A stretch of 62,959 nucleotides of DNA, counting the filler, from Octopus bimaculoides (taxonomy: Eukaryota), in the NCBI RefSeq assembly GCF_001194135.2. It is 5 parts of 5 records of this genome, joined end to end, with 100 filler letters (N's around TTAATTAATTAA, not from the genome) between each part and the next. Parts side by side here need not be neighbours in the genome. Positions count along the whole stretch, not along the records: positions 59,789 to 62,959 come from NC_069004.1; 4 more parts are not named here. One strand, written 5' to 3'. Position numbers and translations under genes: made by a program. Under the pieces are notes generated by a model. That model saw only the letters and a program-made list of their open reading frames with translations, ran no database searches and was not told the DNA's origin. Of this stretch, positions 62,897 to 62,959 are shown in pieces; position 1 is the stretch's first letter; every line of letters begins with the position of its first letter.

Positions 62897-62959
62897 CATA
62901 CATATGTATATGTTTGCAAATATGTGTTTTTGTATATATGTGTGTGTGTGTGTGTCTCT

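Overview
Gappy, AT-rich, microsatellite-dense animal genomic DNA with no convincing host protein-coding exon; the SINE families and repeat texture look like an octopod cephalopod (inference). It is a stack of nested, decayed mobile elements. These include a minus-strand Ty3/Gypsy LTR retrotransposon (6820-13389) carrying two inserted solo LTRs of a second family, and a Merlin transposase fossil split by an internally deleted Helitron and then truncated by a third copy of that LTR family. Also present: three unrelated GG-terminated MITEs with 8-bp TSDs, a hAT MITE, two mariner remnants, non-autonomous Helitrons, fragments of RTE, CR1/L2, R4/Dong, CRE and Penelope-like (Neptune-type) retroelements, and about 25 tRNA-derived SINE copies. 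The most notable structures not visible in the ORF track are type I hammerhead ribozyme folds (1089-1182 and an inverted pair at 39174-39229 / 39401-39456), a SINE 3' end spliced in frame into Gypsy gag, tandem tRNA-Trp PBS-like repeats, and a strand-asymmetric 130-nt hairpin. All calls were made by eye, so boundaries without TSD or TIR support are approximate. Several assembly artefacts are present (TTAATTAATTAA linkers, an Illumina adapter, a gap-overlap duplication).
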